From the NCBI GenBank assembly GCA_040274765.1, contig JBEMAY010000002.1, positions 983 through 64,982 on the forward strand: a DNA stretch of 64,000 nucleotides. The letters are read 5' to 3'. Source of the stretch: Psychrobacillus sp. (GTDB taxonomy: Bacteria > Bacillota > Bacilli > Bacillales_A > Planococcaceae). The notes under the pieces are model-generated. The model made no database searches. It was not told the origin of the DNA and saw only the letters and a list, made by a program, of their open reading frames with translations. Position numbers and translations under genes: made by a program. Of the stretch, positions 10,476-20,233 are shown in pieces (the first letter of the stretch is position 1; each line of letters opens with the position of its first letter).

Positions 10476-11287
10476 CTATTCTATTTGCGAGTGATTTAGA
10501 CCGTACACTTATATATAGTAAAAAATCTAGAGGACACGAAGTAAGTGAACAAGATTTAGCCATCGTGGAATGGCGTGAGAACAATCCTGCAGCATTCATG
10601 ACCAAGGAAGGATTAGAGATTTTTAAAGAGCTCTCCTCCTCCATTGAATTTTTGCCGGTTACAACAAGAACTACCAAACAATATGAACGTTTATTTAGAT
10701 TGTATAATCCGCAGGAGAAGCCGTCATATTCCATTGTCTCCAATGGAGCAGTAATACTAGAAAATGGTAAGCCTATTCCGGAATGGTCTGATAAAATAAA
10801 GGAACAGCTTGAGAACGACTGTACCTCTGTCTCCCATGTACTTTCACAGATAGAACCTTATATTCAAAGAGGCTCCGTCTTAAAATCTTTACAGGCAGAA
10901 AATTGGTTTGTGTATATGATTATAGATGAAGAGAGATTTACGGTTGAGGATTTGGAGGACCTTTCTCAACTCTTTTTCGAGCAAGGTTTCACCTTGTCTA
11001 AGCAAGGAAGAAAATTATACGTTATGCCTAATTGTATTAACAAATCTCTTGCTCTCGAGTTTGTAACTGATCGAATAGAAGCAGAAACAGTAATTGCAGC
11101 AGGCGATTCTTTATTAGATTTAGATATGGTTTTAAGTGCTGATTATGGTTTCATCCCTCAGCATGGAGAAGTTATCTTAAATAAATCCCACCTCCCACCT
11201 CACGTCCAAGTAACCGATCAATCTGGTGTATTGGCAGGTGAGGAAATAATAAAAAAAGTTCATAATATTTGTTATAATATGTATTAA
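10472..11287 (+). CDS. HAD-superfamily (type IIB) phosphatase, Ter-associated
   Basis: Motif I FASDLDRTLIYS, motif II PVTTR, motif IV AAGDSLLD. Confidence 0.88.
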   Translation: MTILFASDLDRTLIYSKKSRGHEVSEQDLAIVEWRENNPAAFMTKEGLEIFKELSSSIEFLPVTTRTTKQYERLFRLYNPQEKPSYSIVSNGAVILENGKPIPEWSDKIKEQLENDCTSVSHVLSQIEPYIQRGSVLKSLQAENWFVYMIIDEERFTVEDLEDLSQLFFEQGFTLSKQGRKLYVMPNCINKSLALEFVTDRIEAETVIAAGDSLLDLDMVLSADYGFIPQHGEVILNKSHLPPHVQVTDQSGVLAGEEIIKKVHNICYNMY

Positions 11288-11302
11288 TAGGAGGCAAAAC
11301 CC

Positions 11303-12916
11303 ATGGTGAAGTTAAATCCAGTAAGGATGCAATCGTGGGATTCATCTGACATTGGGAAATGGCTAAAAAACTCTTTAGAAGATCCAAGCATGGTGACTGT
11401 CGATCATGATAGCCTGACATACCCTCAGTTATTATGCCAATATATTGGTGTTTCTATGGATGAAGATGAGTATTTCACTATTTTGCATACACAACTAAAT
11501 GATTCAGATGGCAAACTGATTAATCTTACTAATTCGCTGAACAAAAATATTGCAGCTGATAAATTACGTGCCATAAATCAGCTTTTTGAAATTCATCGAC
11601 AGGAAAAAGGACTGTCTCCGAATCGGATGGTTGCCTTTTTAGAAGGTCATTTTTTACTCCCAAAACTCCAGGATGCTGATTTAAACAGACGTATAAGAAT
11701 CGTTTTAATAGATTTATTAAAACAGCTCCAATCTAACTATACGGAAGGAACCCAGCATCACGAGTACCGACGGATTACAATTGATCTGATTAAATGGATA
11801 TTCAATCATGTGGAGCCTGTTTTAGAAAACTTAGACTTTCAAACTGGTCTGCCCGGGTTCCTCTGGTACGGTGATGCCACTCCTAGTGAGAGATGGTTTC
11901 TAAAATTTTTAGGGGCTTATGGATTTCATACCGTCATATTTAATCCATGCGATGAATCCTGGCCAAAGCAATTACTTGGAATAGATGAGGAACATTCCTT
12001 TAAGTTCCCCAAAATAGCTAGCAAGCCAAGTGAATTTCCAAGTGAGATGCCTAAAATAGCAGGTACAGTGGCTTTTAGAGCTACTCAAGAAATAAACGAA
12101 CTTTTACATCACGATGATTCTGGTCTTTATAAGCCCTTTCAGTTTAAATCTTATTCGATCAATTCCTTAAGGTTAAAAACTACCGAAGATGAAGCATTCT
12201 TAATAGCAAAAGAACGAGCAATGATTAGACCTCACTTTCAAGTAAGCAGTCAGCAAGTAACCATTCCCGTCGTCTTTGCTAAATACATGGGGATAGACCG
12301 CAATCGAAAGCGTTTTTGGAACAATGTGCACTCTTTAACTTCTCGAGAAGATACCCATGTAATTCGTCAATTTCCATTTACTAAGGAACAAAAAACAAAT
12401 CCAGTATTTCATTACCGGAATGCTTTAAACTCAGACGGAACTTTAAATCCAGAAATAATGAAAACTTCCAACTGGTGGACGTATGGCAAGCTGCCTGCGG
12501 GTACGCAAACTGCTATAGGTGAAGCAATCGCTAAGCATGTACGTGACCCAATTCTTATCCCTCAGGGGAATGAAACAAATGAGGATTTACAATTATATGC
12601 TTTCTCTCAATCGATGTTTTTACCTGACTTTGTTATTCGTCTGTTTCAAACATTTGATTATCCTCAATTTGTTCCTACTATCTTCCTTTATAACGAAGAA
12701 AAAGGACCTGAGTTGAGCAGAGCGGATGCAAACGCTCTATGTATCATGCATCATCTTGGTTTAGATATTATTTTAGTAAATCCTCAAGGACATTTGGATA
12801 TAGAAAAGTGGGTTCAAGAAGGTATGTTTGATTTGCACTGGATGGATGATCGAACCTTCAATGAACCCTTTAAAGAAGAGAATGTAGTTAGTAAGATATT
12901 TAAAAAATTTAGATGA
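11303..12916 (+). CDS. yceG: YceG (Bacillus Ter-cluster) family protein
   Basis: Size, WYGDA and FDYPQFVP motifs, position before telA as in B. subtilis yceGH. Confidence 0.8.
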   Translation: MVKLNPVRMQSWDSSDIGKWLKNSLEDPSMVTVDHDSLTYPQLLCQYIGVSMDEDEYFTILHTQLNDSDGKLINLTNSLNKNIAADKLRAINQLFEIHRQEKGLSPNRMVAFLEGHFLLPKLQDADLNRRIRIVLIDLLKQLQSNYTEGTQHHEYRRITIDLIKWIFNHVEPVLENLDFQTGLPGFLWYGDATPSERWFLKFLGAYGFHTVIFNPCDESWPKQLLGIDEEHSFKFPKIASKPSEFPSEMPKIAGTVAFRATQEINELLHHDDSGLYKPFQFKSYSINSLRLKTTEDEAFLIAKERAMIRPHFQVSSQQVTIPVVFAKYMGIDRNRKRFWNNVHSLTSREDTHVIRQFPFTKEQKTNPVFHYRNALNSDGTLNPEIMKTSNWWTYGKLPAGTQTAIGEAIAKHVRDPILIPQGNETNEDLQLYAFSQSMFLPDFVIRLFQTFDYPQFVPTIFLYNEEKGPELSRADANALCIMHHLGLDIILVNPQGHLDIEKWVQEGMFDLHWMDDRTFNEPFKEENVVSKIFKKFR

Positions 12917-12934
12917 TATAGGGGTTGAAGTAGG

Positions 12935-14011
12935 TTGGAATTAGAAAAATTAGAAATGGATCAGAAAGAACAGCTTTTAGAGGAAAGCAATGAACTCAAA
13001 ACACAATTGAAGAGAGATCCTCAGGTTTTACAATTGGTTGCGAAAATTGATCCTAAAAACCAAGTAGAGTTGTTGGAGTTCGGTCGCGAGCCTGCAAATG
13101 AAATCTCTGCTTTCACAGGAAGAATTTTAAACACGATTAAGTCTAGTAGTATGGAAGAATCCAGCGAGCTTTTAAAACAGCTTGGTAAGATTATGGATAA
13201 GTTTGATAAAAAAGATTTTGTAGAAAAGCAATCTCTATTGAGCAAGGTATTTAAAAAGGGTGAAAAGTTAATTGAAAAACTTTTCAACAAGTATCAAACA
13301 ATGGGGAAAGAAATTGACAAAGTCTTTATTGAAATTACGAAATATGAAAAAGAGATGAAAGCTTCCACTCAAACACTTGAAGAACTCTACGATAAAAACT
13401 TCACTTATTTTATGGAGCTAGAGAAATACATTGTTGCAGGTGAATTAAAGGTTAACCAATTACGCCAGCAGCTCCCTGCCCTACAGGAAAGGGCAGAGAA
13501 AGGCGATCAGCTTGTTTTAATGGAATTGAATTCTCTTCAAAATGCCATTGAGCTTCTAGATCAGAGAATTTATGACTTAGAAATGGCCAAACAAGTTGCC
13601 TATCAGTCTGCCCCTCAAATTAGAATGCTGCAACGTGGGAATACTAAGCTTATAGGTAAGATTAACTCTGCATTTGTTACTACCATTCCTATTTTTAAAA
13701 CTGGTCTGATCAATGCTATTTCTGCCAAACGACAAAATCTAGTTGCGCAATCTATGAGTGAGTTAGATCGCCGAACAAACGAAATGCTATTAAGAAATGC
13801 GAATGACATTTCTAAGCAAAGTGTAGATATCGCTAGGATGTCAGGTCAGCCTAGTATTAAAATTGAAACAATTGAGCAAACGTGGGAAACTATTATGCGA
13901 GGGATGAATGAAACAAAAGCGATCGAAGAAGAAAATCGCAAAATGAGAGAACAAGGTCGTTTACGACTAGAAGAGCTTCAAAAGAAATATGAAGACGGTC
14001 AAAGGAAATAA
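12935..14011 (+). CDS. yceH: TelA/YceH toxic anion resistance protein
   Basis: Coiled-coil; QSAPQIRMLQRGN and KINSAFVTTIPIFK. Confidence 0.88.
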   Translation: MELEKLEMDQKEQLLEESNELKTQLKRDPQVLQLVAKIDPKNQVELLEFGREPANEISAFTGRILNTIKSSSMEESSELLKQLGKIMDKFDKKDFVEKQSLLSKVFKKGEKLIEKLFNKYQTMGKEIDKVFIEITKYEKEMKASTQTLEELYDKNFTYFMELEKYIVAGELKVNQLRQQLPALQERAEKGDQLVLMELNSLQNAIELLDQRIYDLEMAKQVAYQSAPQIRMLQRGNTKLIGKINSAFVTTIPIFKTGLINAISAKRQNLVAQSMSELDRRTNEMLLRNANDISKQSVDIARMSGQPSIKIETIEQTWETIMRGMNETKAIEEENRKMREQGRLRLEELQKKYEDGQRK

Positions 14012-14051
14012 AATTACGGCTCATATTAAATAATTTAGAGGAGGAATTTGA

Positions 14052-14630
14052 ATGTCAGTTATAAACCTGTCAAAAGGACAAAAGATTGATCTTACAAAAA
14101 CAAACCCTGGATTAACAAAAATCATGGTCGGATTAGGATGGGATACTAATCGCTATAGTGGAGGTCACGACTTTGACTTAGATGCCTCAGCTTTCTTAGT
14201 TGACCAAAATGGGAAGGCGCTTAGCGACAAAAGTTTCATTTTCTATAACAATCTTCAAAGTGAGGATGGCTCCGTTGTTCATACTGGAGATAATCGTACA
14301 GGTGATGGCGATGGCGATGATGAGCAGTTGTTAGTTAACCTTAACCAAGTACCTAGCGGCGTCCATAGAGTAGTTTTTACCGTTACCATTCATGATGCAG
14401 ATTCTAGAAATCAGAATTTTGGGCAGGTTTCTAATGCCTTTATCCGTATTGTAAACGATGAGACGCATGAAGAAATTGTTCGATATGATTTAGGAGAAGA
14501 CTTTTCAATTGAAACAGCTCTTGTTGTTGGTGAAATATATAGACATGGAAATGAGTGGAAGTTCAATGCTATTGGAAGTGGGTTCCAAGGTGGATTGGCC
14601 TCTTTAATAACAGAGTTTGGACTTAGCTAA
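14052..14630 (+). CDS. terD: TerD family protein (YceE-like)
   Basis: [33 protein letters not shown]; close paralog of 6277..6852. Confidence 0.92.
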   Translation: MSVINLSKGQKIDLTKTNPGLTKIMVGLGWDTNRYSGGHDFDLDASAFLVDQNGKALSDKSFIFYNNLQSEDGSVVHTGDNRTGDGDGDDEQLLVNLNQVPSGVHRVVFTVTIHDADSRNQNFGQVSNAFIRIVNDETHEEIVRYDLGEDFSIETALVVGEIYRHGNEWKFNAIGSGFQGGLASLITEFGLS

Positions 14631-14672
14631 CTCCTTTCTTTTCTTATCATCCAACCAACCTGGATAAAGTTT

Positions 14673-14715
14673 GAAATCTCTCGAGTTCGTATGAAACTTG
14701 GGAGATTTCTATTTT
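14673..14715 (+). terminator. Probable terminator of the ter operon
   Basis: GAAATCTCTCGAGTT...AACTTGGGAGATTTC hairpin followed by TATTTT. Confidence 0.6.
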
Positions 14716-14812
14716 GAGCTATTATATACCTGATAAATATGTATAGCTGTGCACTTTGCATACTAATCTTCCGTTCCAGCAAGACGATTCTTGAGAAAGG
14801 AGTTCAAATGTA

Positions 14813-15706
14813 ATGAAAGATTTATCTTCACTCTTTCCTTCCTATCATAAATTTTCAGAATATCCAAATAACGCAGATAAGGACGTTCATACTTTTCATG
14901 ATTCTTCTAGCAATCAGTGGATACAAATAAGAAAGGATGAAGTATCTTCTCGAGACTTTGCACTACTCTCTTCCTTCTACACAGTAGTAGATTTTACCTT
15001 GTCCTCTGATTATTCACTTTCTGAAAGATGGAATCGTTTTCTTCAAGGATCTGGTGAACTACCTATTGAGGCTGGCAAGAAAATTCGTATTATACAGCTT
15101 GTGATAAAGAGTACCAGCTTTCAAAATACAGACTTAGCTAAGGCCGTTCAATTGTTTTTCGAGGATGCTGTCCAGCTAGTTTTCGCAGCCCCAAATAATG
15201 TTTTACTGATTGAGCAAATGTCTACTTATACTCAGTCTCCAGAGGACCTGGCTTCTTTTATCTCCGCTTTAGAAAGTGATTTCTTTATAAAAGCCCAGCT
15301 CTTTATTGGAAAGTTCTATTCTGTAGATGAACAAACACCCTCCCGTTATGCTTTAGAAAGAGAATGGTTTTCCAAAGGAATTGGCAATTATTTTCCTGGG
15401 CGAATTTATACACTGGAAAGCATATTTCCAACCATCTTGACCAAAGAAATGTCAGAAAATCTAAAACAAATCATTCATCATGAAGTGTTAATACCAATTG
15501 AATTTGACACGGAGCTACTGCAAACTGTCCGTGCCTTTTTCGAAAATGGTTTTAATGCCTCCATCACTTCAAAAAAATTACATATTCACCGAAACACACT
15601 TCACTATAGATTATCTAAGTTTCAGGAAATCACAGGTATATCTGTCCGTGATTTTGGTGGAGCACTCATTGTTTATTGTGCTAGCTTGCTCGTAAACTAT
15701 GAATAA
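14813..15706 (+). CDS. PucR/CdaR-family transcriptional regulator (YxkF-like)
   Basis: C-terminal HTH NASITSKKLHIHRNTLHYRL; adjacent to msmX. Confidence 0.85.
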   Translation: MKDLSSLFPSYHKFSEYPNNADKDVHTFHDSSSNQWIQIRKDEVSSRDFALLSSFYTVVDFTLSSDYSLSERWNRFLQGSGELPIEAGKKIRIIQLVIKSTSFQNTDLAKAVQLFFEDAVQLVFAAPNNVLLIEQMSTYTQSPEDLASFISALESDFFIKAQLFIGKFYSVDEQTPSRYALEREWFSKGIGNYFPGRIYTLESIFPTILTKEMSENLKQIIHHEVLIPIEFDTELLQTVRAFFENGFNASITSKKLHIHRNTLHYRLSKFQEITGISVRDFGGALIVYCASLLVNYE

Positions 15707-15708
15707 CA

Positions 15709-15744
15709 ATATGCACAATATATTTCTAAAAACCTTGTGCATAT
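15709..15744 (+). promoter_or_regulatory. Inverted-repeat operator upstream of msmX, candidate site for the PucR-type regulator
   Basis: ATATGCACAA-N16-TTGTGCATAT with perfect 10-bp arms, AT-rich and no U tail. Confidence 0.55.
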
Positions 15745-15814
15745 CATCTATATAAGCCATTGATCTCAATTGTTAAACTTATAGTAAGAAGAAAACAATT
15801 TGGGGGGATTTACA

Positions 15815-16912
15815 ATGGAAAAAATGGTTCTCGAAAATATTTATAAGATATATGATGACACTTCTACTGCAGTTTCAGACTTTAACTTACATGTACAAGA
15901 CAAAGAGTTTATCGTTTTAGTTGGTCCATCGGGTTGCGGTAAATCCACAACGCTTCGTATGATTGCTGGCCTAGAAGAAATATCAAAAGGTGAGCTTCGT
16001 ATCGAAGGTAAGCTTATGAATAATGTGGCTCCTAAAGACCGCGACATCGCAATGGTGTTCCAAAACTATGCCCTTTATCCACATATGTCTGTCTATGATA
16101 ATATGGCTTTCGGATTAAAGCTTAGAAAATTCCCTAAGGCTGATATCGACAAGCGAGTGAAAAATGCAGCAGAAATTTTAGGTCTTGAACCCCTTTTGAA
16201 CAGAAAACCAAAAGCTTTGTCTGGTGGTCAGCGTCAACGTGTGGCATTAGGACGTGCGATTGTCCGTGATGCTAAACTGTTCTTAATGGATGAGCCATTA
16301 TCTAATCTAGATGCTAAACTGCGTGTACAAATGCGTGCTGAAATCATTAAGCTTCACCACCGACTTAAAACAACTACTGTCTACGTTACCCATGACCAAA
16401 CAGAGGCAATGACAATGGCTTCACGTTTAGTAGTTATGAAAGACGGCCTTATTCAACAGGTCGGGACTCCAAAGGATGTGTATGAAAACCCAGAAAATGT
16501 TTTCGTTGGAGGTTTTATAGGATCACCTGCCATGAACTTCTTCCAAGGACAAGTAAAAGACGGTTACTTTATCGCCGGTGGAAATAAGATTAAATTATCA
16601 CCAGAAAAGACTTCCCTTCTAAACGGGCAAGGCTACAATGGTAAAGATATTATTTTCGGAATCCGCCCAGAGCATATTTCTGCTGATCCTGAGGATCTAA
16701 CTAGAACTCCGGAATCCGTAGTGAACGCACATGTAGATGTATGTGAATTGACAGGTGCTGAGTTCATGGTGTACTCCACACTTGGAGATCAACAATACGT
16801 AGCTCGTATTAATGCTGACTCTCTTTTAGAAACTGGACAAAATATTCAACTGACATTTGATATGTCCAAGGCTCACTTCTTTGATAAAGAAACAGAAAGC
16901 CGCATTCGATAA
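15815..16912 (+). CDS. msmX: Multiple-sugar ABC transporter ATPase
   Basis: GPSGCGKST, VFQNYALYPHM, LSGGQRQR, DEPLSNLD, TOBE C-terminus; start moved to ATG 15815 after RBS GGGGGG. Confidence 0.93.
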   Translation: MEKMVLENIYKIYDDTSTAVSDFNLHVQDKEFIVLVGPSGCGKSTTLRMIAGLEEISKGELRIEGKLMNNVAPKDRDIAMVFQNYALYPHMSVYDNMAFGLKLRKFPKADIDKRVKNAAEILGLEPLLNRKPKALSGGQRQRVALGRAIVRDAKLFLMDEPLSNLDAKLRVQMRAEIIKLHHRLKTTTVYVTHDQTEAMTMASRLVVMKDGLIQQVGTPKDVYENPENVFVGGFIGSPAMNFFQGQVKDGYFIAGGNKIKLSPEKTSLLNGQGYNGKDIIFGIRPEHISADPEDLTRTPESVVNAHVDVCELTGAEFMVYSTLGDQQYVARINADSLLETGQNIQLTFDMSKAHFFDKETESRIR

Positions 16913-16981
16913 ACTGAATTTGCCCACAGCCCTTTAAAGGGTCGTGGGCTTTCATAATGCTATACTGTAGAAATTATCAAT

Positions 16982-17011
16982 AAAAAAAGTGCTATACTTA
17001 GCACTTTTTTT
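16982..17011. terminator. Bidirectional terminator
   Basis: AAAAAAAGTGCTA-tact-TAGCACTTTTTTT between convergent genes; a second hairpin GCCCAC...GTGGGC lies at ~16923-16949. Confidence 0.8.
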
Positions 17012-17025
17012 ATGTTTTATATTTA

Positions 17026-20000
17026 CTATTCCTTAATGATAAACTCTTCGGATAATGGCACCATATTCTCCTTTATCTTCTTTCCTTCCCACGCAGTTAC
17101 TTTTAGCTGATATCCCTTGATATTTTTAGGCATCTTAAGCTTTGTCGACATTTTCATCGTCTTCCCTTTTGGAATTGTTCTTGAGCTTTGGTCTTGGTCA
17201 ACTATTTTTCCTTTCTCATCAATTAGCTCCATTAATACTAAAATATCTTGATTTTTATTTTTAGTATTTTTAACCTCTATGGCAGCAGCAATCTTTTTCT
17301 CCTTTGTCAGCTTGTGTATTTCCTTTCCTTTATCATCTTGGAATTTTACACTCACTTCCATCGCATATTCTGGATTCTCTGCTTTCTGCTCCCATTGAAT
17401 ACTATATGTTTTCTTTGACTTACCGTCTGGAGCAGTGACTGTAATAATAGTCATTTGTCCTTCATCTGTTATATCTACATTCACAGCTGTCTGATTTGCT
17501 ATTACTTGCAAGCTCGATCTTTCTTGTTCCGGTAAACTATAGTGGCTTTTCCCTGGTGAAAAATTAGAAATAGTCTTCCCGCCAATTAAAATAGATTTTA
17601 GTGTAGCGTCTGTTTCAGGTACTACAATCATTTGTAGCTTGTTGCCTTGTGCATAATAAATACTTCCGTTCATCCCTACCGTCATATTATTCATAAAGCG
17701 ATCTACAATAACTTTATGTGACAACGTTTCTGGATCAATAGCAACTAACTTTCGAGAAAGTGTCGTATAGAGCATTCCATCTGGCGCCCATTCTAATCGG
17801 TAAGGTAGCCACTTACTGCTATTATATAGACTTGGCTGGATTGTCTTACTCTTAACTACTTTCTTAGTTTCTGGATCCATCGCAAATATCGTTCCTTCAA
17901 CTATGCCCCACAGGTTCCCATCAGGTCCAAAAGAGATCTCACCAATCATCCTTGGAGTTTCATCTATTCCAGGAATAGCAGGTGTAAATTCCTCTACTTT
18001 TTTGGAAGTAGCTACATCCCAAACAAATATCTTAGCCTCTTTTGCTTTTGGGTCCAAGCCTAGTCCGCCCCAAATAGATGTGCTGCCATATAGTTTTCCA
18101 TCCTTATAGGCTAATCCAATAATACTTTGATCTTCTACTACATTTCTATATTGTGACCATTTACCAGTGGTTTCATCGAATATAGCTAGAGCTCCACCTA
18201 ACACCCCGTAATCTGGTACCGTACCAACGAATAGCTTATTATCGCCTGATGTAAGTGTAAAAGGTCTATCTTGATGATCAGTAATATCATATTCTAGCTT
18301 AGGATTACTATTTAAATCTATCTCCTTGTTCGGATCATAGCTATAAATCATCGCTCCTACATATGTTCCATAATACGCTTTGTCATTTAGAAAGCCGATG
18401 CCTTCTGGTTGGGCAAAGGAAGGTATATTCACTTCTCTTTCACTCGTAAATGGGTTATATATACTTAGTCCACGTTGATAGCCACCCATATATAATTTTC
18501 CATCCTGTCCAGCTTCTAGAGCCTGAATCTCTACGGATTGTGAGGCAATATTCATGTCAATAAACGTTATTTCATTTTTTATTGGCTCGTATAATATATA
18601 TTCGCCATACTGCGTAATCATCGCAAGAACTGTCTCTCCATTGCTTAATGTTATCCATTCCATATCTTTAACTCGTACTGTGTCTGGTAATAAAGGAATA
18701 CCTTCAATTTCTTTTGTTTCATTTTTACTAAAATCGTACTGATACAATTTCTTTTCAAACTTAAAATATATTAAATTGTTATTGTGTGGAGAAGGATCTG
18801 AAATCATATTGCTATAACTAAATTGATTAATCACTTTATGCGTCTCTATATCTAGAACTAGCATAGTTACTGAGCCAGCGGAAACAAACAGCTTATCATT
18901 TACGATAAAAATATTTTCGATCATGCCATCTGTACCTGTTTGACCTTCCATTATTATTTCTTCTTTTTCTCCTGTGGTTCTATCAATCTTGATCAAATGC
19001 TTTTTAGTACCTACTCCAACGTAAATAGAGTCATCACTTACTCCAATTCCTCTTGCATATTGCTGACCATCCTTTGCAGTACCATAGTTACGGAAAGCCC
19101 CGCTTTCTATGTCATATTCGAATACGGCTGCATGAGGATAAGTGGATCCGTAAATTTTCCCATCAGCCGTCCCTTCTAAATCCCACACCCAGTCATCAGA
19201 TGGGTTGACCCCTAACTCTTCTACTTTCTTTTCCTCCGGTAAATATCGATAAAGTTTACCATCACCGGTCCCTGCAAAATATACGTTTTGATCAGAACCA
19301 ATTGTAATTGCCCATAAAGCCTCTGTTCCTTCTATTACCTTCGAAAATTTAAGCTCCCCTGTTTCCGCATTCAAAACAGAAAACGTGCCTGGTAGTCCAT
19401 TAGAATGATAATATACTTCATTTTCTCCGAGGCTGTTTTTTTGTATGGCAGCAGCTTGTCCTAACTGCACATTAACCATTTCACCTAAATCAACGGGAGA
19501 AGCATACTCTCTTTCTAAAGGAATATCTTCTGCAGCTTGCTCCCAAGTAACGGCATCAAAGTAAGCCTCTGTTAAGCTAATTACACCGGAGTAGAAGGCT
19601 AGCCTTGCATAAGCTGCATTCGCAGGAACCTCTGTAAAGACTTTTAGTTCTGTCCAATTGCCTTTAGGTAAGTTTCCAAATAACTCTGTTTTGACATTGT
19701 TAGTAAGCTTCTTATTGTCTTTGTCGTAATAGTGCACCTCATACACAATATTATGGGTTTGCCTTACCACATTCGTCATGACCTTTGCAGTATAGGATTT
19801 ACCAGGAGTGACCGATACTTTGTCACTAAATATCCTACTACCTGCTTTGTCCGATTCGTCTTTAAAATGTAGGCTATGACTCCCCTCGTAAGAAATAGTA
19901 TTAGTAATAACTGCTGGAGTACTACTGTTATTTTCCATCGACCATCCTGGTATAGTAGAGGGATCATTATTTTCTTCTTCAAATCCAGGGTTTCGAATCT

Positions 20001-20106
20001 CAGTTGAAGCTTCCTCCGCATGAGATATGGATAATGGCGTAAAGTTTCCTAACGCCACGCTTGTACAAAGAACTGTAATCATTACAATTTTAAAGAATTC
20101 TCTCAT
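17026..20106 (-). CDS. Secreted multidomain protein: CBM4/9-like domain, beta-propeller repeats, cadherin-like domain, Lys-rich C-terminal domain
   Basis: Signal peptide ending SHA-EE; IRNPGFEE (CBM_4_9-like); repeated blades DGKIYGSTY, DGKLYMGGY, DGKLYGSTS; ATLKSI...ITVTAPDGKSKKTYSI. Confidence 0.7.
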   Translation of the reverse strand: MREFFKIVMITVLCTSVALGNFTPLSISHAEEASTEIRNPGFEEENNDPSTIPGWSMENNSSTPAVITNTISYEGSHSLHFKDESDKAGSRIFSDKVSVTPGKSYTAKVMTNVVRQTHNIVYEVHYYDKDNKKLTNNVKTELFGNLPKGNWTELKVFTEVPANAAYARLAFYSGVISLTEAYFDAVTWEQAAEDIPLEREYASPVDLGEMVNVQLGQAAAIQKNSLGENEVYYHSNGLPGTFSVLNAETGELKFSKVIEGTEALWAITIGSDQNVYFAGTGDGKLYRYLPEEKKVEELGVNPSDDWVWDLEGTADGKIYGSTYPHAAVFEYDIESGAFRNYGTAKDGQQYARGIGVSDDSIYVGVGTKKHLIKIDRTTGEKEEIIMEGQTGTDGMIENIFIVNDKLFVSAGSVTMLVLDIETHKVINQFSYSNMISDPSPHNNNLIYFKFEKKLYQYDFSKNETKEIEGIPLLPDTVRVKDMEWITLSNGETVLAMITQYGEYILYEPIKNEITFIDMNIASQSVEIQALEAGQDGKLYMGGYQRGLSIYNPFTSEREVNIPSFAQPEGIGFLNDKAYYGTYVGAMIYSYDPNKEIDLNSNPKLEYDITDHQDRPFTLTSGDNKLFVGTVPDYGVLGGALAIFDETTGKWSQYRNVVEDQSIIGLAYKDGKLYGSTSIWGGLGLDPKAKEAKIFVWDVATSKKVEEFTPAIPGIDETPRMIGEISFGPDGNLWGIVEGTIFAMDPETKKVVKSKTIQPSLYNSSKWLPYRLEWAPDGMLYTTLSRKLVAIDPETLSHKVIVDRFMNNMTVGMNGSIYYAQGNKLQMIVVPETDATLKSILIGGKTISNFSPGKSHYSLPEQERSSLQVIANQTAVNVDITDEGQMTIITVTAPDGKSKKTYSIQWEQKAENPEYAMEVSVKFQDDKGKEIHKLTKEKKIAAAIEVKNTKNKNQDILVLMELIDEKGKIVDQDQSSRTIPKGKTMKMSTKLKMPKNIKGYQLKVTAWEGKKIKENMVPLSEEFIIKE

Positions 20107-20233
20107 TTATTTTGCCTCCTATTATATAGTTACTAGTACTAGTCTTAAGAATAGTTTTTGCTATGATTAGTGAGGGTTGTCGACTTTGAATGAGTCTAAA
20201 ATCGAGTACTTCTTTCTTCTATTAAACGCTATT

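Noticed and set aside
1-14630. Helicase and Ter cluster as one defence island
   Set aside because: They are separated by unrelated housekeeping genes with their own terminators, and there are no mobility marks.
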